From Hyphomonadaceae bacterium UBA1849 (GTDB lineage: Bacteria > Pseudomonadota > Alphaproteobacteria > Caulobacterales > Hyphomonadaceae), in assembly GCA_002338565.1 (NCBI GenBank), contig DDIN01000006.1, forward strand, positions 110,047 through 174,046: 64,000 nucleotides of DNA, written 5' to 3'. The notes beneath the pieces are model-generated. The model saw only the letters and a list, made by a program, of their open reading frames with translations, did no database searches and was not told the DNA's origin. Every line of letters starts with the position of its first letter. Position 1 is the stretch's first letter. The translations under genes were made by a program, and so were the position numbers. Positions 31,295 through 41,477 of the stretch are shown here, piece by piece.

Positions 31295-32182
31295 TTAGTT
31301 CTGTCGTTCTAGTACAAAATCAACGGATTGAAGCAATAAGGTGGCACGATTACGGAACATTGCGAGATGTTCTTTAGATTGTGTGGCTAAAAACCGCACA
31401 CGCTGGCGTGCATCTTCAACACCCAAAACGGATACAAAATTCGCTTTGCCTGCCTCTTCATCCTTCTGAGTCTGTTTTCCAACGACTTCCGGATCGCCTT
31501 CGACGTCCAGCAAATCATCGGCGATCTGATAAGCCAGACCGAGATCATGGGTAAAGCCCTGAATTGCATGTCGCTCGGCATCGCTTGCCCCGCCCAGTAT
31601 GCAGGCCGCTTCACCAGCATAGGAAATCAGCGCGCCCGTTTTGAGACGCTGCATTCTGGTGATGGAGTTGAGATCCTGCCGGACGTCACCGGACAGCATA
31701 TCAATCATCTGCCCACCTACCATGCCCTGAGCGCCTGAAGCCTTCGCCAGCTTTTCTATTAGCTTGCAACGGACGTGAGCATCCGGATGAGTTTCCGGGC
31801 TAGCCAGAATCTCAAATGCAAGCGTGAGCAGCGCGTCTCCGGCCAGAACCGCAGTCGCCTCGTCGAACTTTTTATGGACCGTTGGCTGACCGCGCCTCAG
31901 ATCGTCATCATCCATACAAGGAAGATCATCGTGAATCAGTGAATAGGTATGCACGCACTCCAATGCAGCCGCGGTGCGCATCAGAGATTTTTCCGGTGCA
32001 TCAAACAGTGAGCCGAAAGTCAGCACATAGAATGGACGCAAACGCTTCCCCGTCGCGAGCGACGCATAACGCATGGCGCGCATAAGCTGCGCCTCTGGCC
32101 CGTCCGCCGGCGCAATCAGACGGTCAAGCACGACAGTTACTTTGTCAGCGATTTCAGAAAGCTTGGTTTCAAAATCCGTCAC
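31295..32182 (-). CDS. ispA: Farnesyl-diphosphate synthase (polyprenyl synthetase)
   Basis: GKRLRP, SLIHDDLPCMD..DLRRG, GQMID, QIADDLLD; xseB-ispA-dxs order. Confidence 0.96.
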   Translation of the reverse strand: MTDFETKLSEIADKVTVVLDRLIAPADGPEAQLMRAMRYASLATGKRLRPFYVLTFGSLFDAPEKSLMRTAAALECVHTYSLIHDDLPCMDDDDLRRGQPTVHKKFDEATAVLAGDALLTLAFEILASPETHPDAHVRCKLIEKLAKASGAQGMVGGQMIDMLSGDVRQDLNSITRMQRLKTGALISYAGEAACILGGASDAERHAIQGFTHDLGLAYQIADDLLDVEGDPEVVGKQTQKDEEAGKANFVSVLGVEDARQRVRFLATQSKEHLAMFRNRATLLLQSVDFVLERQN

Positions 32183-32193
32183 AGAAACACCAA

Positions 32194-32439
32194 TCAGCTG
32201 TCTGCAGAGACGGGAGCCGCCGAGACGTCACCGTCTTGATTCAGCACGATCTGCTCGACCTTGAGCTGGGCGTTTTTCAGCTTTCCGAGGCAATGCGCTT
32301 TAAGCGCAGCACCGCGTTCGTAAATCTTGATAGACTCTTCGAGTTCGACATCGCCGCCCTCAAGCTTCTCGACAATTGTCTCAAGCTCTTTCAGCGCGTC
32401 TTCAAAACTCAGGTTTTCAACGGATGTCTGATCACCCAT
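32194..32439 (-). CDS. xseB: Exodeoxyribonuclease VII small subunit
   Basis: [19 protein letters not shown]...[11 protein letters not shown]. Confidence 0.97.
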   Translation of the reverse strand: MGDQTSVENLSFEDALKELETIVEKLEGGDVELEESIKIYERGAALKAHCLGKLKNAQLKVEQIVLNQDGDVSAAPVSADS

Positions 32440-32491
32440 GTTTTACTCCTACAGGAAAAAAGCCGAACATCTTACGCTACAGGGATACACG

Positions 32492-33130
32492 TCATTCGTC
32501 GAATGTGTACAGCCGATATGACCAATACCGATCGCCGCCATCCTGCTTACACGTCCAGCCGCGCTTCCTGAGACGTGGACGCAGCATACGGTTGAACCAA
32601 CCATGCGCGGCCAGAAACACTTGTCCCTCCTGAGCGCGATCGATCAGGTAGTCTACAGCCTGTTCAGCGCGCTCTTCAGCTTCGCGTATGCCTTCACCGT
32701 CCAGTTTGTGCCCGCGAAGCCATGCAGCACGCGCGAGGATATTCCATGTTTTAGGTAAAAACCGCACTCGTTCCCACGTCGGTGGCGGTAAATTAGCTTC
32801 CCAGAACAGCTCAGATGATTCGATATCAGCCCAGGGTGCGGCCTTCATTGCTGTCTCGCGTGCCCGAGGACGGCTGGAAGACAAAACGACATCACTATCC
32901 GCAACTATGTCTTTGAGCTTCTGAGGCGCTTCCTGACCTTCGGCGAGGCTGCCGATTTCGTAACGCGCCCACCAGTCTTTGTATTCCTGCCAAGACAGGC
33001 GTGGACCCGCGGCACGATCAAGAGCCGGACGACCATGGCGCGCCACGATAATCGGTCCCGGCTTCTTTGTTGAAGCCTGCGTCTTTTCTGAAGGACTTTG
33101 CGTCATGTGACTGTCCGTTTCTGTCGCCAC
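32492..33130 (-). CDS. Histidine phosphatase family protein
   Basis: IIVARHGRP, SSRPRARETA, AAHGWFN. Confidence 0.8.
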   Translation of the reverse strand: MATETDSHMTQSPSEKTQASTKKPGPIIVARHGRPALDRAAGPRLSWQEYKDWWARYEIGSLAEGQEAPQKLKDIVADSDVVLSSSRPRARETAMKAAPWADIESSELFWEANLPPPTWERVRFLPKTWNILARAAWLRGHKLDGEGIREAEERAEQAVDYLIDRAQEGQVFLAAHGWFNRMLRPRLRKRGWTCKQDGGDRYWSYRLYTFDE

Positions 33131-33220
33131 ATGGACCTCCCCGAAAAACGATACCCTTCAGGTGTTAACCGTCGCTCCGGACATGCGCAAGCCATTGCGG
33201 GCACAGATCGGTAAACGTCT

Positions 33221-34390
33221 TCAGGTTTCCGTATCTTCAGGCACCTCTGATGAACGTTTTGATCCACTGACAACGTTTTTAGCAGCACTCGCCACACCGG
33301 CCATGCGGCCACTGAAGCTCGGTTCAGCGGAGCGGATAATCTCATAGCGGCGCCGAATCTGCCCCATTACGTGACTAACCTTCGGAATATGCGCGTCCTC
33401 CAACTTCAGCCAGAGCCGCTCATTTGCGCCCCCCAGCGTCGACATAACAGAAGAAGACCGGATCGCACCTCGAATGACAGGTATCTGATACTCGACATAG
33501 TATTTCTTGTAATGACCGGCCGAGACACCGAGATCATAGAAACTCAGGCCGTAGTCTTCCATTCCCTCGATAATGAAATCCTGCAGCATATTACCCGGAG
33601 AATAGCTGTGAAACTCCGGGTCATAGGAAGGCACCCAGCCGTGGATGGTGGATTTGTTTCCGAGGTTGAACTCAGCAGCTACAAGTCTGCCCTCATGGGT
33701 CAGAGTATGTAGATACCCTCGGCAATCGGCATCATCGCTTTTCCAAAGCTTGTAGAGCATGTCCTGGACCCATTTCGGGCCAAGCACATTATGGCGCCCA
33801 GTCTCATTGTACTGGCGCTGCTTCCAGCGCATCAATGTTGACCAGTGCTCTTCATTTCGATCATCAAAATCGAAACTTATCGGACCGACCTCACGCTCCA
33901 TCTTTCGCTTGATGCGCCGCTGCTTTTTTGCGTGCCGTGAGTAGAGTTCTCGCTGCGTGTCAAAATAGGCATCCACGCCCTTACGAACATCCACGACAAA
34001 GGCGCCATCAAATTCCTGCGCATAGTCATGCAGCCGACACGCCGGGTCATGCACGCCCGTCATTCTGACCACACTCAGGCCCACGGCATTGATCAACTCT
34101 TCTGGATCAAAGTCTGCACCGGCAGCCACAATGGGGCCGTGATAGTCTGAGAATGGCGCCCCAACTGGCTCAGCTACTCGTCCAGCCTTTTGCATAGGCC
34201 ATATGAGTTTTAGCTCTCCGTCTTCCCGCCCAAGCACGATCCAGACATCATTCCGCACTTCAGATACAACGCGCGTAAAGGTGGGTTCAAAGAACGGGCT
34301 GGAAAGCGCAATGTCGCCGGAGATAATGGATTTCCAAGCGGAAATATCATCGTCTGACAAGTCGGCGAAGCGAACGAATTCATACAGCAT
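33221..34390 (-). CDS. GNAT-family acyltransferase (CelD/BcsL-like)
   Basis: SPFFEPTF, APFSDYHG, YSPGNML, YDLGVSAGHYKKYY pattern. Confidence 0.8.
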   Translation of the reverse strand: MLYEFVRFADLSDDDISAWKSIISGDIALSSPFFEPTFTRVVSEVRNDVWIVLGREDGELKLIWPMQKAGRVAEPVGAPFSDYHGPIVAAGADFDPEELINAVGLSVVRMTGVHDPACRLHDYAQEFDGAFVVDVRKGVDAYFDTQRELYSRHAKKQRRIKRKMEREVGPISFDFDDRNEEHWSTLMRWKQRQYNETGRHNVLGPKWVQDMLYKLWKSDDADCRGYLHTLTHEGRLVAAEFNLGNKSTIHGWVPSYDPEFHSYSPGNMLQDFIIEGMEDYGLSFYDLGVSAGHYKKYYVEYQIPVIRGAIRSSSVMSTLGGANERLWLKLEDAHIPKVSHVMGQIRRRYEIIRSAEPSFSGRMAGVASAAKNVVSGSKRSSEVPEDTET

Positions 34391-34451
34391 GGAGCAGTCC
34401 CTCTAGGCGAAGGACGCTCTCATAAACTGGCTAATTAAGGGATAATCAGGC

Positions 34452-35315
34452 CTACAAACTTTTCCAGACCCGACCTTCCGGGCAGCCCGATTCGTAACGG
34501 CTACAGAAATTCAGCGTGAACAGAACCGTATCCGCACGACCAATCAGGTGATCAAACGGCACAAAGCCGATGCTGGCTTCCTGACGATAGCGGCGCGCTG
34601 GGGGACAACCCGCACGATCAATCACGCCTTCGGAACTCTGCGGACAGTGCCCTGTAAGAGCACGCGCATCTGTAGAGTTGTCGCGATTATCACCCATGAA
34701 GAAGTAGTGCCCCTCTGGTACGACAAACAACGGGGTCTCCGCGCGTGGCTCGCGATCTTCACTCGTTCCTTCTACGATATCATGCACCAGATAAGATACG
34801 CCTTCAGGTGTCGTCTCCATCAGCTCATCTGCATTTAGCAGCTGGCCGTAGCGATGTTCGTGATAGCTGACACGGCGTACTGGCTCCTGGCGCATCGGTT
34901 CGCCGTTGAGAAGTATCAGATTATCAAAGATCTGAATTCGGTCGCCGGGCAAACCGATCAGTCGTTTGATCATCACGCGGTCCTGGTGGGGGTGGCGAAA
35001 CACGATGACGTCACCACGTTCAGGTTCACCCGCAAACATTCGCCCTTCACCCAATGGCAGAAACCGGCCGACGCCAAGTGGAAGAGAATAGCGCGAATAG
35101 CCGTATGCGAATTTTGAAACAGCGACGCGGTCACCAACCTGAAGGTTTGGCACCATGCTTTCGCTTGGAATAGAGCGGAGCTCATAGAAAAACAGCGAAA
35201 CAAAAAACCAGACCGGCAGAAATACCGCGATGGTGACAATCAGCTCTTTCAGTTCGCCAAGACCACGCTCAAGAAGCGATGCCTTTTCCTGATTGTCCTC
35301 AGTAATATCGTTCAT
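34452..35315 (-). CDS. lepB: Signal peptidase I
   Basis: TM segment then IPSESMVPNLQVGD (Ser), MIKRLIGLPGD (Lys), GDNRDNSTDAR. Confidence 0.93.
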   Translation of the reverse strand: MNDITEDNQEKASLLERGLGELKELIVTIAVFLPVWFFVSLFFYELRSIPSESMVPNLQVGDRVAVSKFAYGYSRYSLPLGVGRFLPLGEGRMFAGEPERGDVIVFRHPHQDRVMIKRLIGLPGDRIQIFDNLILLNGEPMRQEPVRRVSYHEHRYGQLLNADELMETTPEGVSYLVHDIVEGTSEDREPRAETPLFVVPEGHYFFMGDNRDNSTDARALTGHCPQSSEGVIDRAGCPPARRYRQEASIGFVPFDHLIGRADTVLFTLNFCSRYESGCPEGRVWKSL

Positions 35316-35626
35316 TTCAGACGTACCGCCGTTCCATAGGTCATGATCTCAGATGAGCCTTGCATGATAAGGGATGTTGTGAACCGCACGTTCACGACGG
35401 CATCTGCACCCATTTGCCGCGCAGATTCAAGCATGCGGTCGTAAGATTGTTCACGCGCTTCGGCCATAAGTTTGGTGTATTCGTCGACTTCGCCGCCGAC
35501 AAGCGTTCTGAGGCCCGCGATAATGTCCCGCCCAACGAAGCGTGCACGCACAACATTGCCCTTGGCGATACCAATCACCTCAGAGATTTCACGGCCGGGA
35601 ATTGTCTCAGTTGTCGTGATAATCAT
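35312..35626 (-). CDS. YbjQ / UPF0145 family protein
   Basis: MIITTTETIPGREI, GGEVDEYTKLM, GADAVVNVRF, YGTAV; ATG 1 nt after the upstream stop. Confidence 0.92.
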   Translation of the reverse strand: MIITTTETIPGREISEVIGIAKGNVVRARFVGRDIIAGLRTLVGGEVDEYTKLMAEAREQSYDRMLESARQMGADAVVNVRFTTSLIMQGSSEIMTYGTAVRLK

Positions 35627-35627
35627 A

Positions 35628-35888
35628 TCAGCGCTCCACATTCTTCGAATAATAGTCGTCTTCTTTGCTGTTCAATCGGTCTATGACGACCTGAATGAGC
35701 AGAACGAGCATGCCCAATCCCCCACAAATTGGTAGCAGTGCGCTGAACACCAACGATGATTGAACAGTGCCCGACGATCCCGCAACGAAACCGAAGAGCT
35801 GCAAGCCGATTACAACAATCCAGCCCAGAACGCTTAGGCCGATCAGCCCGATACCTATGCGATACATCGGCTTCTTTTCACGTAACAT
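35628..35888 (-). CDS. Small two-TM membrane protein
   Basis: Two hydrophobic segments and a charged tail (KEDDYYSKNVER); TGATG coupling to the upstream gene. Confidence 0.7.
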   Translation of the reverse strand: MLREKKPMYRIGIGLIGLSVLGWIVVIGLQLFGFVAGSSGTVQSSLVFSALLPICGGLGMLVLLIQVVIDRLNSKEDDYYSKNVER

Positions 35889-36967
35889 CAGCTCACCCTT
35901 TCATACCGCCATACGCCATCGTCCCCGAGCGTACGAACAGCCTGACCACGTCCAATCAGACAATTGAGATGGGCCAGAGTTTCGCCCGTCGCAAGCGAAA
36001 GTATGTCCGGACTGATTTCACGAACAAAAATTGCGCCGAAACACTCCGGTACCGTTTTTGGTTCGTCCAGCCTGCGTAACAACCTGCGCAACGACTTCTC
36101 ATGTCCGTCAATCAAAGCCTGAAACCGCGCCTTTGCTCCACGGAATGGGAGATTATGCGCTGGCAGAACCAGAACATCTTCCGGCAATGCATCACGTAAT
36201 CGAGCACAACTCTCGATCCAGTCAGTCAGGGGATCAGCGTTTGGCTCGGTTGGGTGCACTGAAACATTGGACGAGATCCGCGGCAGCAACTGATCGCCCG
36301 AAATGAATAAATTCTTTTCAGCATTGAATAGACACGCATGCTCCGGCGAGTGCCCGGAGCCGACTAAAACCTGCCAGTCACTTCGATCGATAGAAAGCAC
36401 GTCTCCATCAGATAGACGCTCGTAGGAATCTGGTAGTCTTGAAACGGCGAGCCCAAACCGTCCGAAACGGTCCTTGTAGGTTTGAATTGCCTCATCATCC
36501 CAGCCTGACGCCTTGAAGAACCGTATGCCCGCTTCAGGTGCCCTACGACCGGTATCGCCAACAAGCGTGCGGCACATAAGATATTCTAGCTGAGACATAT
36601 GAAGTGGCGCATCGAACTTTCTCGATATCCACCCAGCCAGACCGACATGATCCGGATGCATATGTGTCACGATCACACGCTTGACCGGCAAACCTTGCAG
36701 AACGGTGTCAAAAATAGTCCGCCAGTGCTCACGGGTCTCTTCCATTCCCATGCCGGTATCGACAACCACCCAACCGTCATGATCGCGCAAGAGCCAGAGG
36801 TTGATCCATTGCAGAGAGAATGGCAGCGCCATACGCACCCAGAAAACGCCGTCAGCGACTTCTTTTACCGTCCCCTGCTCGGGTGCTTCGCTCTCTTCGT
36901 ATGGATAGTCCAACGTCACCTTGGGCGATTTTCCGATCTGCTCGTCAGGTGATGTTTTTGCATCCAT
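35888..36967 (-). CDS. MBL-fold metallo-hydrolase
   Basis: VVVDTG, THMHPDH (HxHxDH), GHSPEH, SGDQLL, PAHN. Confidence 0.92.
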   Translation of the reverse strand: MDAKTSPDEQIGKSPKVTLDYPYEESEAPEQGTVKEVADGVFWVRMALPFSLQWINLWLLRDHDGWVVVDTGMGMEETREHWRTIFDTVLQGLPVKRVIVTHMHPDHVGLAGWISRKFDAPLHMSQLEYLMCRTLVGDTGRRAPEAGIRFFKASGWDDEAIQTYKDRFGRFGLAVSRLPDSYERLSDGDVLSIDRSDWQVLVGSGHSPEHACLFNAEKNLFISGDQLLPRISSNVSVHPTEPNADPLTDWIESCARLRDALPEDVLVLPAHNLPFRGAKARFQALIDGHEKSLRRLLRRLDEPKTVPECFGAIFVREISPDILSLATGETLAHLNCLIGRGQAVRTLGDDGVWRYERVS

Positions 36968-37092
36968 ATCTCTATTCCCTTATATTTTTTATATGTCGTA
37001 TAATGCTGGTACAACGAGCCGTCCGCTGACGTCAAAGGTGGCAACCAACAATAAGAGTTTATGTCGTCCTCTTAATCCGGTATCAGCCCCGC

Positions 37093-38004
37093 ATGACAAA
37101 CTGCACCGCTGCAATAGAATTGCTCTCCGTAGGCGAATTGATCGGCCTCCCTACCGAGACCGTTTATGGGCTTGCCGCTGACGCGACCAATGCAGACGCA
37201 GTGGCAAAGATTTTCGCACTCAAGAAACGCCCGCAGTTCAATCCGCTAATCGCGCACGTCGGCTCTATGGATATGGCGGCGGCGCAAGCAGATTTCAGCG
37301 GCAAGGCGCAACAGCTCGCCGAGGTGTTCTGGCCCGGCCCCTTCACTATGGTTCTTCCAAAGTCGGCTTCGAATACAATATGCGATCTCGCGAGGGCCGG
37401 TCTTGAGACGCAGGCGCTGCGCTTTCCAGCCCATCCCGTTGCGCAAGAAGTGATCGCCGCCTTCGGAAAGCCGATCGCCGCCCCGTCCGCCAACATTTCG
37501 GGCTATGTTAGCCCGACTTCAGCTCAGCATGTTAGGGATGAGTTTGGGGCCAATCTCCCACTTGTGCTGGATGGTGGAAGTGCTCGGATCGGCCTTGAAT
37601 CGACTGTCGTCGCTGTACTAAACGACGAAGTGACACTGTTGCGCCCCGGAAGTGTATCCAAAGACGATATCGAGGCCGTGGTCGGTAAGATAGGTACATC
37701 CTTGCACGACGATAACGCGCCAAAATCACCTGGTATGCTGTCACGGCACTATTCTCCTGAGGCCAGACTTCGCCTGAACATCACGTCTCCGGAAGCAGAC
37801 GAAGCCTATATCGGCTTCGGACCTGTCGCTGCGACGACGACGCTGTCGCTCTCTGAGACAGGTGATCTCACCGAAGCAGCTTCCAACCTGTATGCGATGA
37901 TACGTGAACTCGATCTCACTTATGATGCTATCGCCGTTGCTCCCATCCCCGAAGTTGGAATTGGCGCTGCCATAAACGACCGACTTCGTCGAGCCGCCCT
38001 GTGA
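37093..38004 (+). CDS. tsaC: L-threonylcarbamoyladenylate synthase (Sua5/TsaC)
   Basis: PTETVYGLAADA, KKRPQFNPLI, APSANISG, GLESTV, PGMLSRHYSP, AINDRLRRAA. Confidence 0.96.
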   Translation: MTNCTAAIELLSVGELIGLPTETVYGLAADATNADAVAKIFALKKRPQFNPLIAHVGSMDMAAAQADFSGKAQQLAEVFWPGPFTMVLPKSASNTICDLARAGLETQALRFPAHPVAQEVIAAFGKPIAAPSANISGYVSPTSAQHVRDEFGANLPLVLDGGSARIGLESTVVAVLNDEVTLLRPGSVSKDDIEAVVGKIGTSLHDDNAPKSPGMLSRHYSPEARLRLNITSPEADEAYIGFGPVAATTTLSLSETGDLTEAASNLYAMIRELDLTYDAIAVAPIPEVGIGAAINDRLRRAAL

Positions 38005-38034
38005 TTCACTAAGCTCAGTAGTTATCTAATCCAC

Positions 38035-39456
38035 ATGACCCACGACGCCCAAAGCCTCCCGCAAGCCTTTCTGGACGAAATCAAATCAGCTCTTGGCGAA
38101 AAGAGCTGGAGTATCGATCCTGAGGAAATAAGCCCGCACCTAGAAGACTGGCGTGGAAACTATCGAGGATATTCGCAGCTTCTTCTAAAGCCGGCATCGA
38201 CTGAGGAAGCAGCAATTGCCGTCAAACTATGCGCGAAACATAACGTCGCGATTACGCCTCAAGGCGGCAATACAGGTCTTGTGAACGCTGGCCTCGCACA
38301 TGGTGAAGTCGTTCTCTCGCTCAAGCGCATGAACACAATTCGTGATATTGATCCGCTGAACAATTCCATCACTGTTGATGCCGGATGCATTCTCACATCA
38401 GTGCACAGTGCCGCCGAAAACAATGACCGCTTCTTTCCGCTCTCACTGGGAAGCCAGGGGACTGCAACAATCGGCGGATTGATTTCGACCAATGCGGGTG
38501 GCGTGGCCGTACTCCGTTACGGAATGATGAGGGACCTTTTGCTCGGTATCGAAGTCGTCACAGCAGATGGCGAAATTTGGGGCGGCCTTCGCGGGCTTCG
38601 AAAAGATAATACCGGCTATGATCTGAAACACCTTTTTGCCGGTGCTGAAGGCACACTAGGAATTGTAACTGGCGCTTGCCTCAAACTGTTCCCGACACCT
38701 CGGACGGCAACCGCATGGTTGGCACTGGAGACGCCGGAACACGCAGTAGACCTCCTGTCACTATTTCGCAGTGAAGCAGGCGATACGGTCACCAGCTTCG
38801 AACTCATGCACAAAAGCGGAGTAGAACTCGCAGCTGCCGAGATCAGCGGATGCAGAGACCCTCTACCTAACGAACTACCATGGCGCGTTCTCGTTGAGCT
38901 TTCCTTCGCAGACGAAAAACTCGCACAGAGCACTATGGAACAAGTCCTCGAAAAGGCATTCGAGAACGGTCTGATCGCTGATGGCACTATCGCCGCGTCT
39001 CTCACTCATGCCGAAGAGTTCTGGAAAGTCCGGGAGAGCCTTCCGCTCGTGAAGCGCGGCTTCCTGACATCGATAAACCACGACATTTCAATCCCGGTAT
39101 CACTTTTCCCAGGATTCCTGAAAGAATGCGAAGCCAGGCTAAAATCTGACGTTGGGAATGTTGAAATTTTTGCATTCGGCCACCTCGGAGACGGTAATCT
39201 TCACTATGCCGTGGCTGAGCCTGCGTCCGCAGAGCACCCTATCATCAAGGCGCAAGCTGAACACATAACGGATCTGGTCCACACGCTGGTAACCTCAATG
39301 GGCGGTTCGATTTCAGCAGAGCACGGGATTGGCCTTTTGAAACGCCACGAACTTCCAGACCATAAAAATCCTGCAGAGCTTGAGACCATGCGGCGGATCA
39401 AACGCGCACTGGACCCCCAAAACATCATGAATCCGGGCCGAATTTTCACAGTCTAG
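38035..39456 (+). CDS. FAD-binding oxidoreductase (D-2-hydroxyacid dehydrogenase family)
   Basis: PQGGNTGL, STNAGG, RKDNTGYDLK, GHLGDGNLH, SISAEHGIG, LDPQNIMNPG. Confidence 0.93.
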   Translation: MTHDAQSLPQAFLDEIKSALGEKSWSIDPEEISPHLEDWRGNYRGYSQLLLKPASTEEAAIAVKLCAKHNVAITPQGGNTGLVNAGLAHGEVVLSLKRMNTIRDIDPLNNSITVDAGCILTSVHSAAENNDRFFPLSLGSQGTATIGGLISTNAGGVAVLRYGMMRDLLLGIEVVTADGEIWGGLRGLRKDNTGYDLKHLFAGAEGTLGIVTGACLKLFPTPRTATAWLALETPEHAVDLLSLFRSEAGDTVTSFELMHKSGVELAAAEISGCRDPLPNELPWRVLVELSFADEKLAQSTMEQVLEKAFENGLIADGTIAASLTHAEEFWKVRESLPLVKRGFLTSINHDISIPVSLFPGFLKECEARLKSDVGNVEIFAFGHLGDGNLHYAVAEPASAEHPIIKAQAEHITDLVHTLVTSMGGSISAEHGIGLLKRHELPDHKNPAELETMRRIKRALDPQNIMNPGRIFTV

Positions 39457-39614
39457 TCGGTGACAAGCTTACTCGAGTTCGAATCGGGTCAGATAACACC
39501 AACGCTTGGGTTTGCTCGCGCCATTCGAACGCTACATCCAAATCTCATAAGGATGACGTCACAAAGTATCGAAAGCGCCAGAAGAGCGCGTTATATCAGG
39601 GTAAAGACACAACA

Positions 39615-40397
39615 ATGCTCGTACTTCTATCACCAGCCAAAAACCTGAACTTTGAAGAGATGCCTGTAGCAATCGACAAGACAGCTCCACGGCTGGAAAC
39701 GGATACAGCAGAGCTCGTTGAGCGCACCAAAAAGCTGAGCCGCTCAGAGATCGGCTCGCTCATGAAACTGTCGGACGATCTCTCAAATCTCAATTTTGAA
39801 CGATATCAAGCGCTCGCAAAAGGCATGTCTGCCGAAGAAGCGCAACCTGCCCTATTGGCATTCAACGGCGACGTTTACCGCGGATTCGACGCGCGTAACG
39901 TTTCGACTGAAACGCTCGACTATGCCCAAAGCAATCTACGCATCCTGTCCGGCCTGTATGGCCTCCTGCGACCTATGGACTTGATCCACCCATATCGCCT
40001 CGAGATGGGCACTCGGTTGAATACACAGCGGGGCCAGAACCTGTATGACTTCTGGGGCGAGAAAATCACTGATCTTATCAATAACGATCTGAAACCCGCC
40101 GGTGGCCCAGTAATCAATCTCGCTTCAAACGAGTATTTTTCGTCCGTTAAAAAGAAGCGTCTCGATGCTCCCGTTCTGGAAATGGTCTTCCGAGAGGAGA
40201 AAGATGAGAAGTCGCGCGTGATAAGTTTTTATGCAAAATACGCACGTGGCCTGATGGCTCGATGGATATGCGACAATAAGATTACGTCCGAAGACACGTT
40301 AAAAACTTTCGCGCTGGAAGGTTATTCTTATAATGAAGCGCTAAGCACCAACACAAAGTATGTATTCAGCCGACCGCAACCCGACCCTAAATCGTAG
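39615..40397 (+). CDS. yaaA: Peroxide stress protein YaaA (UPF0246)
   Basis: LLSPAKNL, FNGDVYRG, ILSGLYGLLRP, YRLEMG, NLASNEYF, AKYARGLM. Confidence 0.95.
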   Translation: MLVLLSPAKNLNFEEMPVAIDKTAPRLETDTAELVERTKKLSRSEIGSLMKLSDDLSNLNFERYQALAKGMSAEEAQPALLAFNGDVYRGFDARNVSTETLDYAQSNLRILSGLYGLLRPMDLIHPYRLEMGTRLNTQRGQNLYDFWGEKITDLINNDLKPAGGPVINLASNEYFSSVKKKRLDAPVLEMVFREEKDEKSRVISFYAKYARGLMARWICDNKITSEDTLKTFALEGYSYNEALSTNTKYVFSRPQPDPKS

Positions 40398-40460
40398 GTA
40401 GACCATATCGCGCGGTTATTCGTTGTGTTGTAACGCCCGGCACGGGGACAGATATCTAAT

Positions 40461-41477
40461 ATGGCAGCACAACCGATCAGCCTTGCCCTTCAGGGGGGCG
40501 GCGCCCATGGCGCTTTCACCTGGGGGGTTCTCGATTACCTACTCGAGGAAGGCTCACTCGACATCAAAGCAATCACCGCGACCTCTGCAGGCGCCATGAA
40601 TGCTGTCGCCCTTGCCTACGGGTACGCTGTAAACGGCCGGGATGGCGCACGCGAAGTGCTGGAAGCCTATTGGCGTGACGTCTCACAACGTGGAGCCCCG
40701 CTAGCGGCAGCGAGCAGCATGTCTCCCGCCTTCGGCCCATTCACGCCATTTGCCATGTTCCAAGCGCTGACCAATGTTGCCAGCCCATATGACCTGAACC
40801 CGTTCGACTATAATCCGCTAAAGCAAACGCTGCGGAAAATTATCGACTTTGACGTGCTTCGCGCCGAAACGGAGATCGATCTCTTCATCGCTGCAACGAA
40901 CGTTGAAACCGGCAAAGCCCGCATTTTTAAAACCAATGAGATCACGGAAGATGCTGTTCTTGCATCGGCGTGTCTGCCTCAGGTGTTCAAAGCGGTAGAA
41001 ATCGAAGGCACACCGCTTTGGGATGGCGGCTATGTCGGGAACCCTGCCCTTTATCCCCTATTCTATGCTGACGTGCCGAAAGACATTCTGATCGTCCATA
41101 TCAACCCTTTGGTCCGGAAAGGAACGCCCAAAACGGCCTCTGCAATTCTGGACCGCTTGAACGAGATTACGTTCAACGCGTCTCTGATATCCGAACTACG
41201 GTCCATCGCTTTCGTACAGAAGCTTCTGGATGAGAACTGGCTCGCTGATCGGATGCAGTCGCGGTATCGCCGCCTGTTTATCCATGCGATCCGCGCGGAC
41301 CAACAGCTCTGCAAGCTATCGATTGAAACAAAATACGAAACCAGCTGGCGCTTCCTGACCGAACTCAAAAACCGCGGACGCGACGCAGCTCAGACCTGGA
41401 TTGCGGACCATAGAGGCGTTGTCGGTACGAAGTCGTCTGTCGATATCAAAGACGAATTTCTGGATAATCTCAGCTAA
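40461..41477 (+). CDS. Patatin-like phospholipase family protein
   Basis: LQGGGAHG, ATSAGAMNA (nucleophile Ser), WDGGYVGNP. Confidence 0.92.
   Translation: MAAQPISLALQGGGAHGAFTWGVLDYLLEEGSLDIKAITATSAGAMNAVALAYGYAVNGRDGAREVLEAYWRDVSQRGAPLAAASSMSPAFGPFTPFAMFQALTNVASPYDLNPFDYNPLKQTLRKIIDFDVLRAETEIDLFIAATNVETGKARIFKTNEITEDAVLASACLPQVFKAVEIEGTPLWDGGYVGNPALYPLFYADVPKDILIVHINPLVRKGTPKTASAILDRLNEITFNASLISELRSIAFVQKLLDENWLADRMQSRYRRLFIHAIRADQQLCKLSIETKYETSWRFLTELKNRGRDAAQTWIADHRGVVGTKSSVDIKDEFLDNLS

Noticed and set aside
40461-41477. Patatin nucleophile motif ATSAG rather than GxSxG
   Set aside because: Ser, the Gly-rich loop and DGG are intact; a Gly-to-Ala change is a minor variant.
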